Counted from the whole stretch's first letter, positions 39,459 to 52,289 are shown. The stretch: DNA of 63,777 nt, filler included, from Octopus bimaculoides (GCF_001194135.2; 9 parts of 7 records of this genome joined end to end with filler, not necessarily neighbours in it); one strand, 5' to 3'. Made by a program: numbers and translations. The notes: generated from the letters alone by a model not told the origin.

Positions 39459-39544
39459 CACCTACACTTTTCTCTGCAAAAATAGGGATAGTTTATCCTG
39501 TTCAGGCTATATTATTAGCATTATTCTGCGATTGAGAATTTAAA

Positions 39545-39975
39545 CATCACTTCTTTAACTTTCTATACAAAGCATGAAATTTTGGGGGAGGGGGCTAGTC
39601 GATTAGATCGACATCAGTACGCAACTGGTACTTAATTTATCGACCCCGAAAGGATGAAAGGCAAAGTCGATCTCGGCGGAGTTTGAACGCAGAACGTAAA
39701 GACAGACGAAATACCGCTAAGCATTTCGCCTGTGTGCTAACGTTTCTTATTTCTTTATTGCCCACAAGGGGCTAAACATAGAGGGGACAAACAAGAACAG
39801 ACAAAGGGATTAAGTCGATTGCATCGACCCCAGTGCGTAACTGGTACTTAATTTATCGACCCAGAAAGGCAAAGTCGACCTCGGCGGAATTTGAACTCAG
39901 AACGTAACGACAGGCGAAATACCGCTAAGCATTTCGCCCGGCGTGCTAACGTTTCTGCCGGCTCACCGCCTTATC
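39545..39975 (-). mobile_element. Two tandem SINE family A copies
   Basis: Reverse complement of the family A consensus, repeated twice. Confidence 0.85.
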
Positions 39976-40431
39976 AAGCTGAAATATTAAAACATTAAAA
40001 TTGTTTCTATAAGCAGGAAATATATTTGAAATCTGTTCAAAATAGATTAAAATTATGTTTCCTATTGTTAGGGTTTAACTTAATTCTTATCTAGCAACCC
40101 TAGCCATGACCCTCCTATAAGCAGTCATTGTCTAACAGCAGTTTAGAGAGTCCGTTCTAGGTTATAAATAGAATTTATTATATCCAGGTAATGTGAAATA
40201 ATTCTCAGAAGCCATCCGTCTGGTAAATAATATTCACGAAGGAGAGAAAACATATTCAATGCATTTCACATTAAAAGGTTAACATAGAATAAACATAGGG
40301 CGATTAAAAAATATATATGCTGTCACCAAAATATTTAATAATCAAACAATTCTTCTTGTTTACTTTAAGATATAAATACAAATTAAGTTACCCGAACAAT
40401 TACATTTAAATTAATAATTAAATATTTGTTT

Positions 40432-40640
40432 CAAATTTTGGCACAAGGCCAGCAATTTCAGGGGACGAGGTAAGTCAATTACATTGACCCCATTGCTCAA
40501 TTGGTACTTATTTGATCGACCCTGAAAGGACAAAAGACAAAGTCGACCTTGGTGGAATTTGAACTCAGAACGTAAAGGCGGAAGAAGTGCAGCTAAGCAT
40601 TTTATCCGGCGCGGTACTCATTCCGCCAGCTCACCGCAAA
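40432..40640 (-). mobile_element. SINE family A
   Basis: Homologous to the other copies. Confidence 0.8.
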
Positions 40641-41120
40641 TTCAGAATTAAATATTAAAGCAGAAATCATTTTAAAGTAGCTTCGTTCATTGAAGGAATG
40701 TAAAGATGAATTTTAGTAGAGTCGTTAGAACGTTGGGGTTAATACCTTGTGGTTTTTATGCTTTAGGTTCAAATTTTGGCGAGATCAACTTTGCTTTGTT
40801 ATCCTGCAAGGATCGATAAATAAAAAAGCAGCCTGAGGCGTTGGTCTTATGTAATCATTAAACATTGGACAAGATGCCTTGGTGTATTTATTCTGGTCTT
40901 TTGTGATCTGAGTTGAAACCCCAGTGTAACCAACCTGGATATAAGACTTAATTTATCACCTGTTTTAACAGGACCACATAGTCCTTGGGCTCTTTTTAGC
41001 AAAGGATTTATCTGTTGTATACATTCGTGTTAGGTCTCTCGTTTTGGGACTGTCTTCCTCCTAGTCGCCATTCTCAAAGACCCAGGTATCTTTCGATACT
41101 AATCCTTTTTTTTTTGTCAG

Positions 41121-41678
41121 CGTTTGTTTATATCAATTCGGCATTTTCCGTAAGGGAAGAGGGAAAGAAGGGAAGAGTTTCTTTGTTCTGTTAAGCAGCA
41201 GGGAAAAAGAAAAAAAGCAAACATAAACACACACACACTCTCTCTCTCTCTATCTCTCTTCCCCCTCCCTTTAAAACACATGTCAGTTATCTCTCGGCTT
41301 CTCTCTCTCTATCTATTTATCTCTCTCTTTCTATATATGCATATATCCATACATATATGTACATACCTACATCTATATGTATACATACATGCATATATGG
41401 GTACAGGGCATCACAAAAAAAAACGTTAAACTATATATATATATATGTACATACACACGCACATATATATATACATACATACATACATATATACACACCA
41501 AGCTTTATCTATATCATTACCTCGCCCCCCCCCCCAATCTCCCTCTTTCTCTATATATGTATACATACATATAGAAGAGATAGATAGATGGATAGAGAGA
41601 GAGTGTGTTTATGTTTGCTTTTTTTCTTTTTCTATGTTTCTTTCCTTACGGAAAATGCCGAATTGATGTAAACAAATG
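41121..41678. repeat. Imperfect fold-back of about 560 bp
   Basis: 24-bp perfect IR core at 41132-41155 / 41644-41667. A second matching block gaaaaagaaaaaa(a)gcaaacataaacacac...(CT)n lies further inward. Confidence 0.8.
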
Positions 41679-42542
41679 CATGTGCTCGCTTGGCATTTCT
41701 AGTACTTGTATCGAAAGAATGCCAAAATGTTTTACTTGTAATGTAACGCTTGTAAAATGCTTTAGCAGTTTCTAGTCTATAAAATACTGAATGAAATTAT
41801 AATAATGTTTAATATAAAAGGATATATATGTTTGAAATGGTTGTAATGAGTGTTTAACGATGTAAATGTGTTAATACAATAATATTTACCTCAAATAATA
41901 TTTAGGGTTCAATTTCAGCCTGAAGTCCTTCTAAAATCTTGCGAGTTCTGTTCGTTGAAACAGCAGAAAGAATTATGCGACTCTTCGATGGGTTATGTAT
42001 AATGAAGCATACGGAAGTTTATAAATATGTGGGTGTTACTTTGATATATTTCTGTATATCTTTGTTTAAATGTCTGTGTGTGTTTATCTTTGTTCTAGTG
42101 TCTCTGTTGGCGGGTGTGTATATTGCTGTGGGTATATGTTTGATTAACGGGTATGTGTGTGTTGCAGTGTGTATGTATGTCGATGTTACCCAGCATTCTC
42201 ACACACAGTGTGAATAATATATCTCTCCCCCCGCCTCCCATTCAGTTCTATATTCTTTCTTTATCTCAATGTCTACGTCATCTCCAACATTGCCACCACC
42301 ACCACAACCACCACAACCATCCCACTTTTAACTATAAAAAAGTTTACTGTTTTTCAACCATTTACTTTCTTTTTGCAAAATTTCTTTACATAGAAAAAAT
42401 ATATTTGAAATGATTTAATACATGTACATATTTATGCAAACACATATACACATATACACACACATGGGCATATACGTACATACATACACACATATATAAA
42501 ATGGTGTGTGCATATGCCTATATTCATATATTTATACATATA

Positions 42543-43518
42543 TAGTGGTTGGACAAAATAATGGAAACATCTTAAAATTTCAAACAGATTTATTTTAATA
42601 TGGGGTAGGACCGCCTTTGGAAGTAATTACAGCTTGAATTCTACGTGGTATGGACTCATACAAAGTTTGAATTGTTCCCAAAGGAATTTTTGTCCATTCT
42701 TCAGCTAAAACAGTCTCCAGTTCTTGTAGTGATGATGGTGGAGGATATTAATGTTNNNNNNNNNNCTTGTAGTGATGATGGTGGAGGATATTAATGTTCA
42801 ATAATATTGAGATCTGGGGACTGTGGTGGCCAGATAAGATGTTCAACTTCACTAGAATGTTCTGCGTGCTATTCAGTAACAAATTTAGCTGGTGGTGGGA
42901 AATAAAGTAGAGGATGACTCGTCCGAGAAAATAACATTCTTCCATTGCTCTAAGGAGCAATTCGGTAGGTTTTTACTCCACTCTAAACGCTTTGCAACGT
43001 TTGTTTTTGAAAGTAGTGGTTTTCTGATTGCAGCTCTCCCGTGAAATCCGGCTGTGTGCAGCTCCCGGCGAACAGTTTTTGTGGAAACTGGGTTCTCGAG
43101 TGGTCATTAAGCTCTACAGTAGTGTTAGGAGCTGTAATTTTGTGATCCTTTCTCACAATTCGTGTAAGATTCCGACAGTCCCTATCTGAAAGATTTGGTT
43201 TTCTTCTAGAGTTTTGTTTCGACGAGGAGGTTTTTTCCCTCTTTCTCAAATGCGGTCATTACTTTCGAGACAGTACTTCTTAATATGAGCACCAACAATT
43301 TGAACTCTTTGAAAGTGCGACAGATCTGTCATTTTAATGAAATTTAATTACCTTTTTCTAATGATATCTGAAAAGAAACAGCAAGTTTAGCAAAACAAAG
43401 TAAGCTACACTAATAATAAAAAAAAAACATAAAAATAAACAAGCTTTTGACGGTTTTATAGATATTTCAAAATTATGATGCTATGAGGCTATGTTTCAAG
43501 TATTTTGTCGAACCCCTG
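42543..43518 (-). mobile_element. Internally deleted Tc1-like transposon
   Basis: TIRs (c/t)ag(t/g)ggtt(g/c)gacaaaata with TA flanks. ORF 42983-43249 resembles a Tc1 DNA-binding region (RKPNLSDRDCRNLTRIVRKDHKITA). Confidence 0.8.
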
Positions 43519-43522
43519 TATA

Positions 43523-43830
43523 TACGAGGTATCATCCAAAGGTTCTCGGATTCGTTATTTTTTTAACATCATCTCCTTCAAAATAGTCTCCTTGTTCAGC
43601 GCTACACCAGTCCCAGCGTTCCTGTCACTTTTGGAATCCGGCCCGGAAGTCGTTTTCCATAAACAAGTTGAGTACATTCTATGATTTATTGTGGATCTCG
43701 GCAGCGGTGATAAAACGGCGACCTTTGAGCTGCATTTTCCCCGGGGACAGAGATGGAAGTCCTCATGTGCTAAATGTGATGAATAGGGTGGATGCAGAAT
43801 CGATACCATGTTGTTCTGGGGGGAGAAACT
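43523..43830 (-). mobile_element. mariner 3' fragment
   Basis: tacgagg-type terminus. Translation LHPPYSSHLAHEDFHL is a decayed YSPDLAP motif. Confidence 0.75.
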
Positions 43831-44372
43831 GATGAGTGAGGAGAGGGTAGTGATAAGGTGAACCCTCGACTGACTCCCTGGCCCTGAAAATTCTCGTCTT
43901 CCAGATCGCTCATCATCTTCTGAGGACGGTCTTCCGCTTTCGGTATCTTATCTAGAATATCACCGTAAAAGCAATTTAAGAAAGCATGTTCCTCCCCAAC
44001 CCCCTAACCACTAACTAACCGCTTCACAATGCTAAGCCTCTCCACCCAACCTATCCATTAGCATGACAACACAGCCGGATAGAAACGAGTTATTTAATAA
44101 GATTAAACTGACCCAAACCAGTTCCAGCCTGCAATAGTATAGAACACTTACATGACAGAGTTCTCATTTTATATAGAAAGTGAAGCAAAGTTATTTTGTA
44201 CATGTGAAATTTCTCATGATGTCAGCATTCTTTTAAGTATATATTCACAATATGTCTAAGCATATAGTCAAAATCCGATCAACGTACATGTACACACGTC
44301 GACTCACGTTGCACAAAACCCTACCTTCACATGCATACAGGCGCGCGTGCATGTTATGTTGGAGCAGTAGTA

Positions 44373-45321
44373 CAGGGTGTCCACAAAGTCTGGGTACATG
44401 GAGTAAATAAAATCATAACATAAACAATTAAATATAAGAAATAATAATTTCTTAACGTATGTGTTAATCCCCATGTGGGTACATGGAGTAAATAAAATCA
44501 TAACATAAACAATTAAATATAAGAAATAATAATTTCTTAAAGTATGTGTTAATCCCCATGTGGGTACATGTCCGAATGGGATCTTTGTGATTTGACGGGC
44601 AACATTTGTTTTCTTAACGAAACACTTTCAAACTTGGGATACTGGTAGAATGTGTCATATAAAACAACTTCTTCTCTTAACCTTCTTAACAAAATGTTGT
44701 ACATTGCAAGTTATTTCATGTTAAAGTTGTCGTATTTCTGTAATTTCAACCAATCACTGACGTCTATTCAGCTGAATACAGTCAGTGCTGGCCGGTGATA
44801 AAAATGTTATTCCCTGTGACATATTTCATCCGGTTTAATCGTAATTTATACGCATATATTGTTTATATAATAAATTACGCTAACCCTAACCCTAACCCTA
44901 ACTCTAAAACCCGAACCCTAACCCTATTTTGATGGATTTTCCCCCTTTGTTTACGAACAGTCTAGTTAATCGGAAATGTCAGAACTAACGGGGATTAATA
45001 CCATATACACCGTTACAGCACTAACTGTATTCAACTGAATAGACGTCAGTGATTAGTTGAAATTATCAAAATAAGACAATTTTTAACGTGAAATAACTTC
45101 GAATACAAAATGTATTATCTGTTCTATACCACAAAATATACAAGTATACGAAGTTTGAAAGTGTTTCGGTACCAAAACACTACATAAAAAAATGTTGCCC
45201 GTCAGATCACAAAGATCCCATGGATGAAATAGAATCATAACATAAACAATTAAATATAAGAAATAATAATTTCTTAAAGTATGTGTTAATCCCCATGTAC
45301 CCAGACTTTGTGGACACCCTG
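44373..45321. mobile_element. Tc1/mariner-type MITE with three 85-bp internal tandem units, interrupted by a nested element
   Basis: 29-bp perfect TIR CAGGGTGTCCACAAAGTCTGGGTACATGG with TA flanks. The 85-bp unit starts at 44392, 44477 and 44562. Confidence 0.85.
44579..45218. mobile_element. GGATC-terminated TIR element related to 11028-11695, with internal (CCCTAA)n
   Basis: TIR GGATCTTTGTGAT(T/C)TGACGGGCAACATTT. Subterminal sequence clearly homologous to the 11028 element (cttaacgaaacacttt...aatttcaaccaatcactgacg). Telomeric tract at 44880-44925. No clean TSD. Confidence 0.8.
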
Positions 45322-46602
45322 TAGAAAGGAATATCAGCAAAACGGAACTCCAATTCAGCGTTTTTCTAAACGAAGTAATGTATTGTGTAGTAAATAAGAA
45401 ATGACGAGATGGTCGTGGATGGGACGAAAGTTACTGGATTAGATGTAGTCCGACATCAAACGTAATATATATATTATATATATATAATATATATATTATA
45501 TATATATATATATATGATATAATATATATATTATATATATATAATATAATATATATTATATATATATATANNNNNNNNNNNNNNNNNNNNNNNNNNNNNN
45601 NNNNNNNNNNNNNNTTAATTAATTAANNNNNNNNNNNNNNNNNNNNNNNNNNNNNNNNNNNNNNNNNNNNTTATATATACATATATATACATATGTATGT
45701 ACGTATGTACGTATGTATGTATATATATGTATGCATGTATATATGCATGTGTGTATGTATGTTTGTATGTATTAATACATGCGTAGATTTGGAGCTGGAG
45801 AAATGCATTTTATGTGTATGTATGAGTATTTCTAATGTGAACGTGTGCGAGTTAATTTTATTACTTAAATACAAACTTATCTTGTATTCTCCTTTGTTCA
45901 TCTGATTCAGCTTTGTAAAATACGAAGTTGATATCGTTTGCGCTAGCTTATCATCACTGTTAATTTCTTCTGGAAATGAATTATCTTGCTATCTCTTCCA
46001 GTTCCACTATCACTGCCACCGTAATAACCCTCACTATTCCACCATCACCAGCAGAACATGCAAAACGAGTATCATCATAAAAAAAAAAAAAAACAATTAC
46101 AGTAGGAAGAAAGAAAAATAAGCATTGAGTAAGAAATAAAACGAGTATGAAATGATAATGGCAATAACAATTAGACGTGAAGAATGAACTGCGAAAAACT
46201 ACCATAATTTAACTGTCCTAATTGTTAACTAGAAACCCCACTCTGCGTTCTCTCCTTTTGCATTATCGCTCTAATTGAAGAGCAAGATAACGCGTTAATT
46301 AAGGTAACAAATACAGGATAACACAACTCTACATTACTCAGCTCGCAACGAAGTCGTTGTAATACGAACAACAGGTTTGTACTTGGAAGAAGCTAAACTA
46401 TGTTAGAATAGAGATTACTTATCAAAGTTTACTGCTTAAAATTGTTTCAACAAAGATACAAAATAGCAACAACAACAACAACAACAATAAGAAACACCGT
46501 CATCCTGGAATTGAAAGATAAACAGAGCTGGGGAGTATTACGACGAGCGATTTCAATTCACTTCGTTTTTAAAGTGAATTCTATTAACCAAACATACATA
46601 CA

Positions 46603-46668
<66 letters not shown>

Positions 46669-46907
46669 GACATATATATATATATGCATTTATGTGCGTA
46701 TGTGTGTGTATATGGATATAGGTATACATCTACGTATGTATGCATATGTGGGTGAGCGTTCGTGTGTGTATAAGAGAATTGATGTGTAACAAGAACAAAG
46801 GAATGGTATAAAGAAATTTATTGAGAAGATAGTGTCTCCATAATTTCATAGAACAATACAGAATTTCAAAATACTTGCAAACTGAAAATCATTACATATA
46901 CGTGTGC

Positions 46908-46938
<31 letters not shown>

Positions 46939-48089
46939 NNNNNNNNNNNNNNNNNNNNNNNNNNNNNNNNNNNNNNNNNNNNNNNNNNNNNNNNNNNNNN
47001 NNNNNNNNNNNNNNNNNNNNNNNNNNNNNNNNNNNNNNNNNNNNNNNNNNNNNNNNNNNNNNNNNNNNNNNNNNNNNNNNNNNNNNNNNNNNNNNNNNNN
47101 NNNNNNNNNNNNNNNNNNNNNNNNNNNNNNNNNNNNNNNNNNNNNNNNNNNNNNNNNNNNNNNNNNNNNNNNNNNNNNNNNNNNNNNNNNNNNNNNNNNN
47201 NNNNNNNNNNNNNNNNNNNNNNNNNNNNNNNNNNNNNNNNNNNNNNNNNNNNNNNNNNNNNNNNNNNNNNNNNNNNNNNNNNNNNNNNNNNNNNNNNNNN
47301 NNNNNNNNNNNNNNNNNNNNNNNNNNNNNNNNNNNNNNNNNNNNNNNNNNNNNNNNNNNNNNNNNNNNNNNNNNNNNNNNNNNNNNNNNNNNNNNNNNNN
47401 NNNNNNNNNNNNNNNNNNNNNNNNNNNNNNNNNNNNNNNNNNNNNNNNNNNNNNNNNNNNNNNNNNNNNNNNNNNNNNNNNNNNNNNNNNNNNNNNNNNN
47501 NNNNNNNNNNNNNNNNNNNNNNNNNNNNNNNNNNNNNNNNNNNNNNNNNNNNNNNNNNNNNNNNNNNNNNNNNNNNNNNNNNNNNNNNNNNNNNNNNNNN
47601 NNNNNNNNNNNNNNNNNNNNNNNNNNNNNNNNNNNNNNNNNNNNNNNNNNNNNNNNNNNNNNNNNNNNNNNNNNNNNNNNNNNNNNNNNNNNNNNNNNNN
47701 NNNNNNNNNNNNNNNNNNNNNNNNNNNNNNNNNNNNNNNNNNNNNNNNNNNNNNNNNNNNNNNNNNNNNNNNNNNNNNNNNNNNNNNNNNNNNNNNNNNN
47801 NNNNNNNGTGGACAAGAGAGATAAATAAGAAAAGAATATAGCAAAAAGGTTGGGGTTTTTTTACAGTTTCTGTCATCTTGCGTGTACAGGACTTTTCGCT
47901 TTTAACGGAGTGTTTTGGAATCAGTGCATATATATGTTTTTTTCCGCGGATGGATCTAATTTTTGATTCGTTATAATTCTGATGACGTCTTAGTCTTTCT
48001 GGTGGTCAAGTTTGACGTCCCGCAAGGTTGACTTCCCTGTAGGGAATAGTCAACTCCAAATCATTATACAATAACACCATACACCTTTT

Positions 48090-48300
48090 CAAACACCAGT
48101 TGCTGACATCACCAATCTCCAGACCAATGAAATTTTACCTCCGATCAGAACCGGACGATCAGGTAAAAAACAAACTGACCACTCAAGAGAATCAAGCAAT
48201 CAGAACGGTTGATAACCATATCATTAGGGTACTGGCTGTATATTTAGACAAAGGGGCTACTGTATCTACACTGAATACATCATATAAGTTTCTGTACAGT
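48090..48300 (+). mobile_element. Possible Penelope-like RT N-terminal fragment
   Basis: ENQAIRTVDNHIIRVLAVYLDKGATVSTLNTSYK resembles the PLE motif A-L---DII-I--ADKG-ATV-LN--Y. Confidence 0.45.
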
Positions 48301-48408
48301 ATTATGTACAATGGAATCGAAGCCGTAAGAACGTGGTTTCTACAGCAAAATTCTTACCCGCATATTCATACATATATATATAAAGATATGCCAACGAATA
48401 TGTATATA

Positions 48409-49647
48409 TCAGGCTGAGTAAAAAGTAAGCAATGTTTTGAAACATGAAATTCATCACAATATATTTCAACAATGCAAAAATGTTATTAATCGGAGTAAGT
48501 AGCATTGTAATCAACACATTTTCGCCAGTGAGTTACAAGTTTGTTTATTCAGGTAACATAAAAATCAGGAGTTCTGGAGCTGATGAACTCTTTGAACGCA
48601 CTTTCAGCATCGATTTGACTTTTGAACTCTTCTCGCAGAAAACCATCAAGGTGCTTGAAAAAGTGGTCGTCGGTAAGAGAAAGGTCTAGGGAATAAGCTG
48701 GGGGGGGGGAACTTCGTAGCCAATTTCCCTCAACTTCTGGAGCGTCATTAGTGACACGTGTGGTCGAGTATAGTCATGAAGAATGATTGGCCCTCTGTTG
48801 TTGACCAGTCTGGGACGGAGGAGTAGCAGGTTTTCGTTCATTTTGGAAATTTCATGGCAATATGATTCTGAAGTATTGGCTTTTCCAGTTTTTGAGAAGT
48901 TATAGTGGATGTGTCCAGCAGTACACCACCATACAGTCACCATAATCTTCTTTTTGAAGAGTTCGGGCTTAGGGAAGGTTTTCGATGCTTCATTTTGGTC
49001 CAACTACTGCGAAGAACGTTTTTTATTACTGTACAGAATCCACTTTTCATCGCAAGTTACAATACGGCCGAGAAATGATGCGGTCTGGTTACGGAGAAGA
49101 AGCGATAAGCAAATATCATATCTGCGCATTTTCTAAATTTCCGATCGCATGCAAATGATTGCAGGCAGTTTTCTGGATAACTTGGATTTTTTTTGCCAAT
49201 TCTCGAGTGGTTTTACGTTGATCTCTCTCTCAATGACGGTCTTTAATTTAGCATCATCGATGACAGATGGGCGTCCACTACGCTCACAATCTTCAAGGCT
49301 CAGGCCTCCACTGCGAAATTGTTTAAACCATTTTCGAGTTGACCACTCACTTGTCATTTCCTCACCAAACGTTTCGTTAATATCATGTGCAGTTTCAGTT
49401 GCTTTACGTCCTTTTTTGAAGTTGAATAGCGAAATTGCGCGAATAACGTGATTTGATAATTCCATTTCAGATGATTGTAACAACGGTGAGAAAAATATCA
49501 ATGTTAATTTATTGATGCAGTTGAGCAAGTCTATGTCAGTATAATCAGGCAATTGCCAAAAAATGTTTTCAAAATTTCGAAATTCTGCAAAAATCCTATA
49601 CAAATTCTTCATGGTTCAAAAGGTTACTTACTTTTTACTCAACCTGA
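48409..49647 (-). mobile_element. Near full-length, decayed mariner transposon (transposase pseudogene)
   Basis: TIRs TCAGG(C/T)TGAGTAAAAAGTAAG with TA flanks. Frameshifted transposase: HTH region (IRAISLFNFKKGRKATETAHDINETFGE, RSGRP), catalytic region (MVTVWW, ILHDYTRPH), PDLSP-like tail. Confidence 0.92.
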
Positions 49648-49669
49648 TATTTGTATAGTGGCCCTCTCA

Positions 49670-50058
49670 TATATGCCCTTAGCTACCAGGATAGCCACTC
49701 TTGCTACGTAGACGATACGAAAGTCTCGCAAAAAATACAAAACCCTAGCGATGTCTGCACGCCTGCATCAGGAGTTGAACACAGTTTACAGATGGGCTGA
49801 GGACAATAATATGCAGTTCAATGCTGGAAAATTCCAAGCCCTCCGTTACTAGCACCCAAAACTGAACGAAAAACTTACAGGTTGCACTAGCCCAGAGGCG
49901 ATTTCAATCCCAGAACCTAAATCAGTGCGTGATCTGGGTATCGACATGAGTGATGATACCTTTTTCCAAGTGCACATTACCAAGATGTCGACAAATTGCA
50001 GACGGCTAGCTGGATCCTGAGAACCTTCAGAACCAGAGAGAAGGAAACCATGTTGTTA
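49670..50058 (+). mobile_element. CR1-like LINE RT C-terminal fragment
   Basis: YVDDTKVSQKI, WAEDNNMQFNAGKFQALRY, VRDLGIDMSDD, ILRTFRTREKETMLL across frameshifts. Confidence 0.8.
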
Positions 50059-50749
50059 TGAAACGCACGCATCATAACAACACCATCCTGCCACACACAG
50101 TAACCGAATTTACATATTATATCACTTTAACTTATTATGTAACTTGATAAGGTTTCTTCTGCACTGTGGGTGCATTCGATTCCTTAATAACGAAACGATC
50201 GTCGCGCGAAATAAAATTTACATTACACTCTGACTTCCCTAATTGTACTAGACGTGTAACGAGGAATTCCTTGTGTAAATCTTGCAAGTAAAGTGCAGTA
50301 CCGCAGATGACGCCTGGTAGCCATATGTGGTGAATGAGCTCTCAAAGCACACTACTAGGGACATATACAAAGCAAGGTTTGAATACTACATTTTAAAATC
50401 TAAACTTTAATTTTGTATGCATGTGTGTACATAGGCCCATGCAAGAAAACAAAAGGGAAGCTCAATTGTAGTAGATATGTCCGAAATCAATATTTGGTGG
50501 TCATGGCCAGCCTGTATTGATACATAGATTATCTACGATTAGATTATCCAGTGCATCCCTTCTTACCTATGAGAGTAGAGTGTGATTCACGAGGAATTTG
50601 CTCCGAATTATAAAATGTAGAAAAATCATATGGAGATCTCTTCATACATCCGGAACAACATTTGCTAGCTCAATACGTATTTATCAGAGTATAACGTATC
50701 CGTATATTTGTGCGCAAGTTTGTTTCTCTGCATGTTTGCGTGAATATAG

Positions 50750-50830
50750 GTATATCTATCTATTTTATGTATCTATCGTCTATCTATCTATCGTTTATCT
50801 ATCTGTCGTCTATCTATCTATCTATTTATC

Positions 50831-50881
<51 letters not shown>

Positions 50882-51022
50882 TTATCTATATATCATCTAG
50901 CTATCTACCTATCTATCTACCTATCTATCTATATAACTTTCTGCTATCTATGTATTTATCTATCCTTTTACCCATCTATTTATCCATCATCTATCTATCA
51001 GCTATTTTTCTGTCTATGCCTA

Positions 51023-51084
<62 letters not shown>

Positions 51085-51120
51085 GCTGGGTCCGTCTGCC
51101 TGTTTGTTTGTCTATCTATA
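50750..51120. repeat. (TATC)n tetranucleotide microsatellite
   Basis: Read directly from the sequence. Confidence 0.95.
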
Positions 51121-52258
51121 TTTCTATATATCCATTGATCTTTTTATCTATATAATGTTTGTATAAGTGCATATATGTTACACGTATGTCTGTGCACATA
51201 CATGGATACATACATTCACATAAACAGAGACATACACACAAATACACACACATATATATACATATATGTATACACACAGAGACACACACACATAGACACA
51301 CACAAACAAGTATATGCATATGTGTCTATGTGCGCGCACACGCAAATACGCAAATACCACACATACGCAAATACATGGGCAAACATATAGATGTATGGGT
51401 ATACATACATATATATCTGGGCGTATACATAAAAACGTCAACATTTCCTGAGCTTCGTACTCCCATCATGCCACGCATTCATTCGCATGCATACATTAAT
51501 TTTGTTCTCATCCCACACTCTCATCCCATATATAAATATTTATATATATATATATATATATNNNNNNNNNNNNNNNNNNNNNNNNNNNNNNNNNNNNNNN
51601 NNNNNNNNNNNNNNNNNNNNNNNNNNNNNNNNNNNNNNNNNNNNNNNNNNNNNNNNNNNNNNNNNNNNNNNNNNNNNNNNNNNNNNNNNNNNNNNNNNNN
51701 NNNNNNNNNNNNNNNNNNNNNNNNNNNNNNNNNNNNNNNNNNNNNNNNNNNNNNNNNNNNNNNNNNNNNNNNNNNNNNNNNNNNNNNNNNNNNNNNNNNN
51801 NNNNNNNNNNNNNNNNNNNNNNNNNNNNNNNNNNNNNNNNNNNNNNNNNNNNNNNNNNNNNNNNNNNNNNNNNNNNNNNNNNNNNNNNNNNNNNNNNNNN
51901 NNNNNNNNNNNNNNNNNNNNNNNNNNNNNNNNNNNNNNNNNNNNNNNNNNNNNNNNNNNNNNNNNNNNNNNNNNNNNNNNNNNNNNNNNNNNNNNNNNNN
52001 NNNNNNNNNNNNNNNNNNNNNNNNNNNNNNNNNNNNNNNNNNNNNNNNNNNNNNNNNNNNNNNNNNNNNNNNNNNNNNNNNNNNNNNNNNNNNNNNNNNN
52101 NNNNNNNNNNNNNNNNNNNNNNNNNNNNNNNNNNNNNNNNNNNNNNNNNNNNNNNNNNNNNNNNNNNNNNNNNNNNNNNNNNNNNNNNNNNNNNNNNNNN
52201 NNNNNNNNNNNNNNNNTGTATGTATGTATGTATGTATGTATGCATGCATGCATGTATA

Positions 52259-52289
<31 letters not shown>

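Noticed and set aside
42721-42800. Direct repeat of about 33 bp flanking a 10-N gap
   Set aside because: Typical unresolved contig overlap inside the Tc1 relic.
44392-44570. CRISPR-like or satellite array
   Set aside because: Identical 85-bp units without unique spacers inside a eukaryotic MITE; no cas genes.
50053-50226. Possible solo LTR (TG...AATAAA...CA)
   Set aside because: No 4-6 bp TSD and no second copy in the window.
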